Notes: a model not told the origin generated them from the letters alone. 64,000 nt of DNA from Dehalococcoidia bacterium (GCA_965232815.1 OZ247427.1:2201602-2265601); one strand, 5' to 3'. Shown: positions 44,546-55,609, numbered from the stretch's first letter. A program made the numbers and translations.

Positions 44546-45649
44546 ATGCGCATCACCAACGTGGAGGCGGACATCGTTCGCATCCCTTTGAGTACCAGGT
44601 TCAGCGGCAGCGTTTACCAGATCGAATCACGTTGCACCGTCGTAGTGCGCGTACACACGGACGAGGGGCTGGTGAGCGAAATCTATTCGGGGGATGAGCG
44701 GACCGGTTATGAGTTGCTGAAGGACCTGGTGGTGGGTCCGATGGCGGAGGCGGTGAAAGGCGAGGACCCGATGGCGATCGAGCGGTGCTGGCAGAAGATG
44801 TTCGCGCTGACGCCACACATTGGGAACAAGGCCATCGCGATGCGGGCGATTGCCGCAATCGACATCGCGTTATGGGACATTGCGGGAAAGGCGCTGGGAG
44901 TGCCGGTGCGAACGATGCTGGGAGGGTACGCCGAAAGGTCGCCGGTGGTGCGGTTCGCGTACTACGTGCAGGGGCGGGACACGGCGTTCATGGTGGAGGA
45001 CCTGGTGCATCAACGGGAGCGCGGCATCGGAGGCGTGAAGCTGAAGGTTGGCGGCGTCGCGGTGGCAGACGATCTGCTGCGGGTGAGGGCGATTCGGGAC
45101 ACGCTGGGCGATGATTTCATCATCGTGTGCGACGCCAACCAGGCCTGGACGCTGGAGGAAGCGCTGGAGTTTGCGGGGCCGGCCAAAGAGATGGGACTGG
45201 CATGGCTGGAAGAGCCGTGCCGGTGGCAGGACGCGGACAACGACATGCGGCAGGTGCGTCTGCGTACCGGGATTCCGGTGGCTGCCGGGCAGGGCGAGAG
45301 CAGTTCGTGGGGCGGGCAGCGGCTGATGGATACCGAGGCGGTGGACATCCTGAACATCGACGCGGCGATCTGCGGCGGGATATCGGAATGGCGACGGGTG
45401 GCCGGTGCGGCGCAGATGCGTGGCATCCGGATGGCGCACCACGAGGAGCCGCAGTTGGCGGTGCAGTTGCTGCCGGCGCACGCGCACGGGCTGTTCGTGG
45501 AGGTTTTCGAGGAGGAGCGGGACCCGGTGTACTACCAGCTGAACAATGTGCTGCCGGAGTGGGACAATGGTCAGATTGTTGCTCCGGACGAGCCGGGGAT
45601 GGGGCTGCACTTGGATGCTGCGGTGCTGGAGGAGTACAAGGTTTATTAG
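44546..45649 (+). CDS. mandelate racemase/muconate lactonizing enzyme family (enolase superfamily)
   Basis: MRITNVEADIVRIPL, KLKVGG, CDANQAW and LEEPC motifs. Confidence 0.85.
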   Translation: MRITNVEADIVRIPLSTRFSGSVYQIESRCTVVVRVHTDEGLVSEIYSGDERTGYELLKDLVVGPMAEAVKGEDPMAIERCWQKMFALTPHIGNKAIAMRAIAAIDIALWDIAGKALGVPVRTMLGGYAERSPVVRFAYYVQGRDTAFMVEDLVHQRERGIGGVKLKVGGVAVADDLLRVRAIRDTLGDDFIIVCDANQAWTLEEALEFAGPAKEMGLAWLEEPCRWQDADNDMRQVRLRTGIPVAAGQGESSSWGGQRLMDTEAVDILNIDAAICGGISEWRRVAGAAQMRGIRMAHHEEPQLAVQLLPAHAHGLFVEVFEEERDPVYYQLNNVLPEWDNGQIVAPDEPGMGLHLDAAVLEEYKVY

Positions 45650-45670
45650 GTCGTGAGAGGTTTGACAAGC

Positions 45671-46024
45671 ATGGGCACTTTCAGCGTTGACCTTTGGGTT
45701 GGGAATATATTTACGGACGCTGGCACGACGGTTTCTGCGCTGGTGGATACCGGCGCCACCAACTCGATGCTGCCGGCCAGTTTCCTCCGTGAATTGGGGA
45801 TCGAGCCCGTTGAATCCCGAACTGCTCGGGTCGCCGATGGTCGGCGGGTTGAGTTTCAGACGGCGTGGGCGAGGTTTTCTGCCCAGGGACGAAATGCGGT
45901 GGCGCGGGTGGCGTTTGGGCCCGAGGATGAATGCTTGCTTGGTGCGACGACGCTGGAGGATTTGGGGATGGTGGTGGATCCGGTGGATCAGCGGTTGATT
46001 GTGCAGGACGACTTGCTGATGTAG
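45671..46024 (+). CDS. retropepsin-like (clan AA) aspartic protease
   Basis: ALVDTGATNSMLP catalytic DTG motif. The ATG at 45671 has GAGG upstream. Confidence 0.7.
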   Translation: MGTFSVDLWVGNIFTDAGTTVSALVDTGATNSMLPASFLRELGIEPVESRTARVADGRRVEFQTAWARFSAQGRNAVARVAFGPEDECLLGATTLEDLGMVVDPVDQRLIVQDDLLM

Positions 46025-46057
46025 TGGCGCTCGATCGCTAAAAGGATATCGACTGAT

Positions 46058-47017
46058 ATGGTGAATCTCGGCAATATTGAACAGGTTGACTTGCGGGACG
46101 TCTGGCAGCACGAGGCGCAAGATTTCACACCGTGGTTGGCAGGAAATTTAGACAAACTAGGGGAAGCTCTAGGTCTGGATTTAGAACTTCAAACTGCTGA
46201 GGCTGCAGTGGGGTCCTTTTCGCTCGACGTGTTGGCTCACGACATAGGTAGTAATCGGCCAGTAATCATAGAAAATCAATTGGAGTCGACCAACCATGAC
46301 CATCTTGGTAAGTTGCTAACCTATGCAGCCGGTTATGACGCTTATGCCGTAGTGTGGTTGACCAAAGAATTCAGGGATGAACATCGGCAAGCTTTGGACT
46401 GGCTGAACCAAAGGACGGACGAGGATACGCAGTTTTTCGGTGTGGTTGTTGAAGCTTGGAAGATCGACAATTCAAGGCCTGCGCCCCACTTTCGTCCCGT
46501 AGCATTCCCCAATGATTGGAAGAAACAAAATGTAGGAAAGGATGCAACCAGCGGTGGCGCCAAGGTGTCTGAACGAGGTGAACGTTATCGGGCGTTTTTC
46601 CAAGATTTGATCGACACGTTGCGCGAGGAGCACCGATTCACCAACGCCAGAAAAGGGCAGCCACAGAGTTGGTACAACTTCAGCTCAGGAACGCGGGGGG
46701 TTAGTTACAATCCGTCATTCAGCCCGCCTCGTAGGATTGCTAGGGTAGAGGTTTACATTGATCGCGGTGACCACGATTTAAACAAACAACCGTTTGATGA
46801 ACTCGAAAACCGGAAGGAGGTAATCGAATCCGAGATCCCCGGTTAATGGGAATGGGAACGCCTAGATAACAGGAGAGCATGTCGGGTTTCTGCCGTGCGA
46901 ACTGCTAGCATTGATGATGACCGGGAAGCCTTAGCAGATTTGCAGGGGTGGATGGTAGACCGACTGCTTGCTTTCAAACGGGTTTTTGGGCCGCATTTGG
47001 CGGAGTTGGTGGAGTAA
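46058..47017 (+). pseudogene. DUF4268-type nuclease-like protein interrupted by an in-frame TAA
   Basis: The ORF stops at TAA 46844-46846, but the same frame continues WEWERLDNRRACRVSAVRTASIDDDREALADLQGWMVDRLLAFKRVFGPHLAELVE to TAA 47015-47017. The N-terminus (DLRDVWQHEAQDFTPWL...VIIENQLESTNHDHLGKLLTY) is PD-(D/E)xK-like. The stretch is visibly AT-richer. Confidence 0.7.
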
Positions 47018-47023
47018 CGGAGC

Positions 47024-48061
47024 ATGACGTTGGTTGCTGAAAACACTTACGAGGAGGCGCAGGCGCTGGCGTTTGAGGCGGGGTGGACGGATGGGTTGCC
47101 GGTGGTGCCGCCTACGGTGGAGCGGGTGCGGGAGTTTGTGGATGCGTCGGGGCGGTCGGCGCTGGAGGTTGTGGGTGAGATTGCGCCGCGTGGGGGACGC
47201 GCCACGGTGGAGAAGCTGGCGGCCAACGCGGTGATGGCGGGGTGTTTGCCGGGGTATTTTCCGGTGGTGATCGCGGCGATTGAAGCGCTGCTGCTGCCCC
47301 GGTTCAACCTGGCGTCGGTGCAGTGCTCGACGCACATCGCGACGCCGCTGGTGGTGGTGAACGGGCCGGCTGCCACTGACCTGGGTATGAACTCGGGTGG
47401 CAACTGCTTCGGGCAGGGGAACCGGGCGAATGCGACCATCGGGCGGGCGGTGAAATTGGCGTTGACGAACTTAGGTGGAGCGTTGCCGGGGGACGAGGAC
47501 CGCGCCACCTTTGGTCATCCGGGAAAGTTCACGTACTGTATCGCCGAAAACGAAGAGGCGAATCCGTGGGAGCCGTACCACGTGGAGCGGGGGTATGCCG
47601 CCGGGCAGTCGGTGGTGACGGTGCATCCGGCGGAAGCGCCGCACAATTTGAACAACCACGGTGCGGATAATCCGTGGGACCTGCTGACGACGTTCGCGGT
47701 GTCGATGGCGATACCGGGGTGCAACAACATCAACGTGATGGGAGACGTTCTGCTGGTGCTAGGGCCGGAGCACGCGGAGATCATCGCGGGCGCGGGTTGG
47801 AGCAAGAACGACGTGCGGTCGTATCTGTACGAACTGGCGCGGCAACCGCTGTCGCTGCTGAAGCTGGGAGGGATTCATGGGCGGCACACGCACCGGAACA
47901 CGCTGTGGCCACGCTGGATTGACCGGAACGACGACGACGCGATGGTGCCGGTGGTGCGGCGGCCGGAAGACATACATATAATGGTGGCCGGCGGAGCGGG
48001 ACGCCACTCGGTGTACATACCGGGATGGGGTTCGCGGATCACGTCGGCGGCAGTGCAGTGA
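47024..48061 (+). CDS. conserved hypothetical protein (TDGLPVVPPT...NAVMAGC family), upstream partner of the UGSC gene
   Basis: 345 aa with an RBS (GGAG) 4 nt upstream. No family name recalled. Confidence 0.75.
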   Translation: MTLVAENTYEEAQALAFEAGWTDGLPVVPPTVERVREFVDASGRSALEVVGEIAPRGGRATVEKLAANAVMAGCLPGYFPVVIAAIEALLLPRFNLASVQCSTHIATPLVVVNGPAATDLGMNSGGNCFGQGNRANATIGRAVKLALTNLGGALPGDEDRATFGHPGKFTYCIAENEEANPWEPYHVERGYAAGQSVVTVHPAEAPHNLNNHGADNPWDLLTTFAVSMAIPGCNNINVMGDVLLVLGPEHAEIIAGAGWSKNDVRSYLYELARQPLSLLKLGGIHGRHTHRNTLWPRWIDRNDDDAMVPVVRRPEDIHIMVAGGAGRHSVYIPGWGSRITSAAVQ

Positions 48062-48086
48062 CCTACCTATCACATCGATTCAGAGG

Positions 48087-48677
48087 ATGATCAGGATCAT
48101 GACGATCGCAAACGAGCAAGCCAGTCTGCAATCGCGCATCGCCGCGTTGGGTTTGGTTGATCCAACCGACCGGCAGGAAGAACCGGAGCGGAGGCCCACG
48201 ACGCCGTTGGAAACGCTGGAAGGATTGACCGGCGGTTTCCTGGACAACCGGAAGGGGAACGCGGACACCATCCTGGAGGCGATCCGGCGACGGTTGGCGG
48301 ATGAGTACGGGATGGGCGAGTCGCTGGTGCGGTCGAAGTGGGTATTTTCGGCGCCGGCCGCGCCGGAGATCATTGAGGAGTTGTCGGCGTGCGATTTTGT
48401 GGTGACGGCGGTGGGAGATTGAGGAAGCTGCGTGGCGCGCAGTTTGCGCGATGCAGTGGAGCTGGAGGATCGGGGAGTGCGGACGGTGGTGGTGCATACG
48501 CAGGCATTCCATTCGGCGGCGGAGCAGCACATCGTGTCGCTGGGACGGCCCGACTATGCGGGGTCGGTGTACCTGCAGCATCCGGTGGCGGCGTTGGATC
48601 CGGCCTGCATAGAGAGTCGGGTTGATGCGGTGATGCCTGAGATTGTGGCGGCGTTGCAGGGTCACACGGAGCGGTAG
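48087..48677 (+). CDS. UGSC-motif protein, candidate selenoprotein (in-frame UGA at 48420-48422)
   Basis: ORFs 48087..48422 and 48432..48677 are in the same frame. Read-through gives ...VTAVGD-U-GSC-VARSLRDAVELEDRG.... GC-rich hairpins lie directly 3' of the UGA. Confidence 0.6.
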
Positions 48678-48734
48678 AAAGCGCGTTCGAACCGGAGTTC
48701 GGCGCGAGAGGCCGTCGCATAGTCGTTGATTGAA

Positions 48735-48830
48735 GGGGCGAATGATTATTCGCCCCTACGTTGGGCACGAGACCAATAGCTTTCGTTGGTGTTGTATTCG
48801 CGGGCGGTGGGGCGAGGTATGCCTCGCCCC
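48735..48830. repeat. two family-1 hairpins (GGGGCGAAT gatt ATTCGCCCC at 48735-48756; GGGGCGAGG tatg CCTCGCCCC at 48809-48830)
   Basis: Perfect 9-bp stems located between the convergent UGSC gene and tgt. Confidence 0.8.
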
Positions 48831-48843
48831 TACGGACGTTCGC

Positions 48844-50307
<1,464 letters not shown>

Positions 50308-50308
50308 C

Positions 50309-51403
50309 ATGTATTTTCCCATAGCTGAGGTCACGGTTTCTCCGCTGCTGCTGGCGCTTTTGGGAATTGTGGTCGGTACGATGACTGGGTTTTTTGGCGT
50401 GGGCGGAGGATTCCTGATCACCGGCGGGCTGCTGGTGTTGGGCGTGCCGACGATCTACGCGGTGGGGACCGGGCTGTTGATGGTGATGGGGACGGCGATC
50501 ACGAGCACGCTGAGGCATCGGAGGCTGGGGAACGTTGACGTCCGCCTGGCGGTGCTGATCGTGTGTGGGACGATTCCCGGGGTGTTTTTGGGTGAGCGGG
50601 TGAACAGCGCGCTGGAGGAGGCGGGCATTTCGGGGCCAGTGGTTGGCGCGGTGTATTTCGTGCTGCTGCTGACGTTGGGATCGCTGATGGTGGGCAACTG
50701 GCTGCGGAGGCTCAAATACCGCCCGGCCCGGCAGGATCTGGGCATGTTTCCGCGGTGGTTCCAGGGCGTGCGACTGGGACCGAGTCGGATCGCGGTGCCG
50801 GGGGTTGGCAGCGTCAACCTGCGGCCGGGGTTCGCCAACGCGGGGATTGCGGAGATGTCGGCGCTGGTGCCGGTGCTGACGGGCCTGGTGATCGGGTTTA
50901 TCGCCGCGCTGCTGGGCGCAGGCGGCGGGTTCCTGCTGATGCCGTTCCTGGTGTATGGGTTGGGCATACCGCCGGCGGTGGCGATCGGCACGGACCTGTT
51001 CCAGATCATTATCACAGGCACGCTGGGGTCGTTCCTCTACTCGTTGAGCGGCAACGTTGATCCGATGATTGCGGTCATCATGTTCACGGCGGCGTCGGTG
51101 GGCACGCAGATTGGCGCACTGGCGACGCGGTTCGTGAACTCGGCGCGGATCCTGGGGTTGTTCGGACTGACGGTGCTGAACGCGGGCGTGGCGGTGGGGA
51201 TTGGTCAACTGGCGCGGCTGATAGAGTCGGACGGTCTGACGCTGATCGGCCAGTTGATGCTGCTGGGAGTCTCGGGGCTGGTGGCGCTGACGATAGTTCT
51301 GCTGCTGGTGATTGCGGCGGCCGCGCAGATGCGACGCGGGCGACGCCTGGCGCGGCTTCGGGAGATACGCAGCGCGGGGAGAGTGGCGGCAGGCGGCGAC
51401 TAG
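50309..51403 (+). CDS. sulfite exporter TauE/SafE family membrane protein
   Basis: Polytopic, with repeated GVGGGFL / GAGGGFLLMP motifs. Confidence 0.85.
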   Translation: MYFPIAEVTVSPLLLALLGIVVGTMTGFFGVGGGFLITGGLLVLGVPTIYAVGTGLLMVMGTAITSTLRHRRLGNVDVRLAVLIVCGTIPGVFLGERVNSALEEAGISGPVVGAVYFVLLLTLGSLMVGNWLRRLKYRPARQDLGMFPRWFQGVRLGPSRIAVPGVGSVNLRPGFANAGIAEMSALVPVLTGLVIGFIAALLGAGGGFLLMPFLVYGLGIPPAVAIGTDLFQIIITGTLGSFLYSLSGNVDPMIAVIMFTAASVGTQIGALATRFVNSARILGLFGLTVLNAGVAVGIGQLARLIESDGLTLIGQLMLLGVSGLVALTIVLLLVIAAAAQMRRGRRLARLREIRSAGRVAAGGD

Positions 51404-51408
51404 CCGGG

Positions 51409-52509
51409 TCAGTCGGTTAGCCAGGCGAGGGTGTCGTCGACGATTTCAGTGGGGATGTCGCGTCGGACGGTGGCTCTGCCGACGTCTTCCAGGAGCACCC
51501 ACCGGTTGGCGCCGCCGACGGTCTTTTTATCGAGAGACATTGCGCCACGGATGGCGTTGATGTCGACGCCTTGGGCGGTGATCGGCAGGTCGAACCGCTG
51601 GAGCAGGACGCGCTGGCGGTCGAGGATGTCGTCGCCGATCATGCCCATCTCGCGGGCGATGCGGCCGGCGCCCATCATGCCGACGGAGACGCCCTCGCCG
51701 TGCATGAAGCGGCCGTATTCGGTGGAGGCTTCGAGGGCGTGGCCGATGGTGTGGCCGTAATTGAGGAGGATGCGGATGTCGAGGGTCTCGCGCTCGTCCT
51801 GGCTGACGATGTCGGCCTTGATGGCCATGCTGCGGCGGATGACCTCGGTGGAGATTTCGGGTTCGACGTCCATGAGGGCTTCGGCGTGTTCTTCGAATAC
51901 GTCTACGAGGGACGGATCGAGGATGAGGCCGTGCTTGATGGCTTCGGCCCAACCCTCGGAGAGTTCGCGCTTGCCCAGGGTGGCGAGGGTCTGGACGTCG
52001 GCGAGGACGGCGCGGGGCTGATAGAAAGCGCCGACCATGTTCTTGGCCTGGGGCAGGTTGACGGCGACCTTGCCGCCGATGGAGGCGTCGACCATGGCGG
52101 CCATGCTGGTGGGCACCTGCACGAAGGGCACGCCACGCAGGAAGGTGCTGGCGATGAACCCGCCGAGGTCGCCGGAGACGCCGCCGCCGATGGCGATGAT
52201 GGGCTGGCCGCGCTCGGCTTTGAGGCCGACGAGCCACTCGTATATTTCCTGGGCCTGCTGGAATGATTTGCTGGTCTCGCCGGCGGGGATGACGAAGCAG
52301 TGGGCGGCGATGCCGGCGCGCTGGAGGGCCCACTGGGCGTTGCGTCCGTAGGGTCGCATGACGTTTTCGTCGGTAATGATGTAGGCGGTGTTGCCGAGGC
52401 CCAGTTCCTTGATGTGGTCGCCGAGGCGATCGATGAGACCCCAACCGGCGATTACGGGGTAGGTGCCGCCGGAGTGGTGGACGGTTGCGGCCTGGTCGGG
52501 GTTGGTCAT
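51409..52509 (-). CDS. aroB: 3-dehydroquinate synthase
   Basis: IAIGGGVSGDLGGF, NYGHTIGHALE. The start is at the Met at 52509 (GGAGGA RBS), not 52779. Confidence 0.9.
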   Translation of the reverse strand: MTNPDQAATVHHSGGTYPVIAGWGLIDRLGDHIKELGLGNTAYIITDENVMRPYGRNAQWALQRAGIAAHCFVIPAGETSKSFQQAQEIYEWLVGLKAERGQPIIAIGGGVSGDLGGFIASTFLRGVPFVQVPTSMAAMVDASIGGKVAVNLPQAKNMVGAFYQPRAVLADVQTLATLGKRELSEGWAEAIKHGLILDPSLVDVFEEHAEALMDVEPEISTEVIRRSMAIKADIVSQDERETLDIRILLNYGHTIGHALEASTEYGRFMHGEGVSVGMMGAGRIAREMGMIGDDILDRQRVLLQRFDLPITAQGVDINAIRGAMSLDKKTVGGANRWVLLEDVGRATVRRDIPTEIVDDTLAWLTD

Positions 52510-53078
52510 TGGGTTCCTCCGGGAGATTGGGCGGGAGAGGGTCTCGGGTTTTGGACGTGCGACTCGTAGATTTCGAGGATGGCATCGGCGACCTGTTCGG
52601 GGGTTTGGTCGTCGGTGGGGACGGCGTAGTGGGCGTAGGCGTAGGCGTCGGCGCGTTCGTCCAGAAGTTCGCGGATACGCACGAGGGGGTCGCCGTCGCC
52701 CAGCATGGGGCGGACGGCGGCATTGGGGCTGCCACGGGTGATGCGGTGGTGGATGGTCTCCGGGAGGGCGGTCAGGCAAAACACAGTGCCACTTTCGAGG
52801 AGGACCTGGCGGGTGAGTTCCTGGGCGAAAGCGCCGCCGCCGGCGGAGATCACCTTGTTACCGCCGTCGCACAAGCTGAACGTGGCGTGGCGTTCCATGG
52901 CGCGGAAAACCGCCTCGCCGTCCTCGCTGAATATCCTGTGGATTGGCTTGCGGGCGCGGCGGACGATTTCCTCGTCGATGTCGGCGGCGCGACGGCCGGT
53001 CAGGCGCGCGATGATCCGGCCGACGTGGCTTTTGCCGGTGGCCATGAACCCGACGAGGATGATGTTGTCAGCGGGCAT
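52506..53078 (-). CDS. aroK: shikimate kinase
   Basis: The P-loop LVGFMATGKSHVGR. The start is at the Met at 53078. ATGA overlap with aroB. Confidence 0.9.
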   Translation of the reverse strand: MPADNIILVGFMATGKSHVGRIIARLTGRRAADIDEEIVRRARKPIHRIFSEDGEAVFRAMERHATFSLCDGGNKVISAGGGAFAQELTRQVLLESGTVFCLTALPETIHHRITRGSPNAAVRPMLGDGDPLVRIRELLDERADAYAYAHYAVPTDDQTPEQVADAILEIYESHVQNPRPSPAQSPGGTQ

Positions 53079-53154
53079 AGGACTAAAGGAGAAAGTGACG
53101 GGTTGGGGTTCACCCTCACCCTGGCGCTCTCCCATCAAGGGAGAGGGAACATTT

Positions 53155-53556
53155 TTAGGCGGGGCGAGGTGGAGCGGGGGCGTAGCCGGATGCAGTGCAG
53201 AACTCGACGCTGTTGCCGTCGGGGTCTTCGATGAAGAAGTAGGCTTGGCCATCGTAGCGGACGCCACCGCGCAATGCTTCGAACCCGTTGCTTTCCAGGG
53301 TTTCGCGAGTTGCTTCGAGGTCGTCGACCTGGAAGGCGTGGTGGATGTTGCCGGGTTTGGCAGGCGCCTCGGCGGTTTCGATCAGGTGGACCATTACGCC
53401 GTTCTCGAGTTGGAGCCAGGTAATGGCCGGGTTGTCCACCTGGCTCTGGATCTGCTTGATGCCGAGGAGATTGTTGTAGAACTCCATGGCTCGGGCGGTG
53501 TCCTTAACCATGGTGGTGACGTGATTGATCTGGCGGATCTCGATTTTGCCGGCCAT
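53155..53556 (-). CDS. VOC/glyoxalase family protein
   Basis: INHVTTMVKDTARAMEFY...HHAFQVDD...YFFIEDPDGNSVEF. Confidence 0.85.
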   Translation of the reverse strand: MAGKIEIRQINHVTTMVKDTARAMEFYNNLLGIKQIQSQVDNPAITWLQLENGVMVHLIETAEAPAKPGNIHHAFQVDDLEATRETLESNGFEALRGGVRYDGQAYFFIEDPDGNSVEFCTASGYAPAPPRPA

Positions 53557-53775
53557 TTAGGTTCCTCCTTGCCCCGATCCCGTGCGGGTGTCGTTCAGTG
53601 GCTGGCGGGTATTATGCCATACGGCACAAAGGCGTGCCGAGTGCGCCGCCGTCAGGGCCAGGGCCTTGCGATTATCGGTCTGAACCGGCCAAGGCGTCAT
53701 TCCCAAGAGGCGCAGGCCGGTATCCAGAAGGCGCCGGCATTCCTGAACGTTGGCGGCAGCATGACGTTCCCGGTT

Positions 53776-53792
53776 TCCGGATCAAATCCGGG
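53776..53792. repeat. family-2 hairpin TCCGGATCAAATCCGGA
   Basis: It lies within a composite repeat patch (53695-53800) that also carries the CGTCATTCCC...CCAGAAGG flanks. Confidence 0.6.
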
Positions 53793-53812
53793 ATGTAAGG
53801 TTGTGGGCATGG

Positions 53813-54145
53813 CTAGCGTGCCGGGGCGGGGAGGTCCCAACGAAGGAGTTCGCTGTAGCGGTCTTTGCTGGCCCAGGGGAGGAGGCTGAGGACGATGGCG
53901 CCAGGATCGGGGACGTCCCCCTGGCGTTGGGTGTCGTTGAGGTAGCGGCCGAGGTTGGCGAATGTGGGCAGGCGGAAGCCGGCTTTGGCGATGCGCTCGA
54001 TGACGTCGGAGGGCTCGGGGGGTTGGTCGGGAGTCCAGTCGTCGGCGACGGCTTCGGCGAGGCGGCGGAGTTTGATGATGGTGAGTTCTGGTGCGAACCT
54101 ACGCTTGAGGGCGGCGACGCGGCGGCGGAGTTGGGAGATGGTCAT
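53813..54145 (-). CDS. hypothetical protein
   Basis: 110-aa ORF with GAGG 5 nt upstream of the ATG. No motif recognised. Confidence 0.45.
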   Translation of the reverse strand: MTISQLRRRVAALKRRFAPELTIIKLRRLAEAVADDWTPDQPPEPSDVIERIAKAGFRLPTFANLGRYLNDTQRQGDVPDPGAIVLSLLPWASKDRYSELLRWDLPAPAR

Positions 54146-54774
54146 GGGATTGCCTCGGCGGGGGAGAATTCACATGGATGAACAGGATGAACGGGATGGA
54201 CAGGATTAGGAATTGGACTAGGATGGCGGCGATTTTTTGAATATCCCGCTCATTTCCGCTCATTTGAGTAGGGCCAGGACGTGGGACGTGAGGATAAACG
54301 AGGGCGGATCAGGCGGATTTGGGGGCGATATTGATGGTATTGGCGGGCCGGTGGGAGGGTTTGGCGGAGCGGGGTTGGAATGGTTCGTGGTTGTCGGGAT
54401 CGGGATTACCAAGGTTGGAGGATTTTCAGGATTGCGGATGCCGCTTTTGAGTTGGGCGCCGGGATGGAGTCGGGCGGTTGGACAGTTAGATGGTAAGGAT
54501 ATGGGGATGGCAGGGGCAATGGGGAAGTGTCAGTGAATCAGGGCTGTTAGTTGGTTTGGGCGAGGGTAGGGGCGCGAAAGTATTCGCGTGTACGAGGTTC
54601 GAGTGGGAGGCGCATCCTTCGACAGGCTCAGGATGAGCGGACTGTGTTGCGACGAGACGATATGCGACAGGCTTCCGGCAGAGGCGGACCTGCGGCTGTT
54701 CCCGCCACCGGCGGACGTTCCGCGCCATGAGCGGACTGAGTCGGCAGCATGTAAATAATCGAAAGGCCCTGCCG

Positions 54775-55467
54775 TCAGGGTTCCACGGCTGGCAACAAGG
54801 GCAAGCCGTCCCAGAAATCCTCCGGCCATGCCTCCGGTCCCAAAAGGGGCACGAACCGGCACTCGGTGAGCCGGCGAGTGACGCGGCGGTTGCCGGAGAT
54901 TTGAACGAGGGTGAGCATTTGGCCCAAGCGATCTCCGATGGGGATGACCAGGCGGCCGTTGGGCTTGAGTTGCGCGATGAGGGATGGGGGTACGGACGGC
55001 GCGCCGGCGGACACGAGAATTGCGTCGTAGGGGCCGTGGTCGGGAGCGCCCAATATGTCGGAGGCGTCGACGACGTCCACGTTTTCGATTCCGCAGGCTG
55101 CCAGGTTGCGGCGGGCGAAAGCGACCAGATCGGGAACACGTTCAACGGCTACGACGTGGCCGAATGGCAAAAGTTCGCCCAGGATCGCGGCCTGATAGCC
55201 CGAGCCGGCGCCGATTTCGAGAACACGCTCATCACCGCGCAACGTCAAAGCCAGGGTCATACGGGCGACCATGGTGGGTTGCGAAATGGTCTGACCGTGG
55301 CCGATGGACAGCGGCCGGTTGTCGTAGGCGTGATGCCGCAATTCGGGGGACACGAACAATTCACGGGGGACTGCCCGCATGGCGTGCAATACCGGACTGT
55401 CGTCCATTGCCGACGCGAGTTGGGCGAACAGGTGTTGGCTCGGATTTTCCAAGGAGGTGGTCATCAA
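54775..55467 (-). CDS. pcm: protein-L-isoaspartate O-methyltransferase
   Basis: GQTISQPTMVARM and VLEIGAGSGYQAA. Confidence 0.9.
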   Translation of the reverse strand: MMTTSLENPSQHLFAQLASAMDDSPVLHAMRAVPRELFVSPELRHHAYDNRPLSIGHGQTISQPTMVARMTLALTLRGDERVLEIGAGSGYQAAILGELLPFGHVVAVERVPDLVAFARRNLAACGIENVDVVDASDILGAPDHGPYDAILVSAGAPSVPPSLIAQLKPNGRLVIPIGDRLGQMLTLVQISGNRRVTRRLTECRFVPLLGPEAWPEDFWDGLPLLPAVEP

Positions 55468-55572
55468 GCAGCATTGTAGGCCGATTTGACGTTGATGTGC
55501 GGAGGACGGCAGGGTGATTCGATTGTCACAAACCCGGGGAAATGTGTAGCGCAGGACGTTTGTGCCAACATC

Positions 55573-55609
55573 GTCGGCTCGTGGTTCGACTGGCTCACCG
55601 TGAGCGGAC
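55573..55609. repeat. family-3 hairpin repeat GTCGGCTCGTGGTTCGACTGGCTCACCGTGAGCGGAC
   Basis: Near-identical to 63096-63132. Partial copies lie at 54618-54643, 54725-54737 and 60753-60778. Confidence 0.85.
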
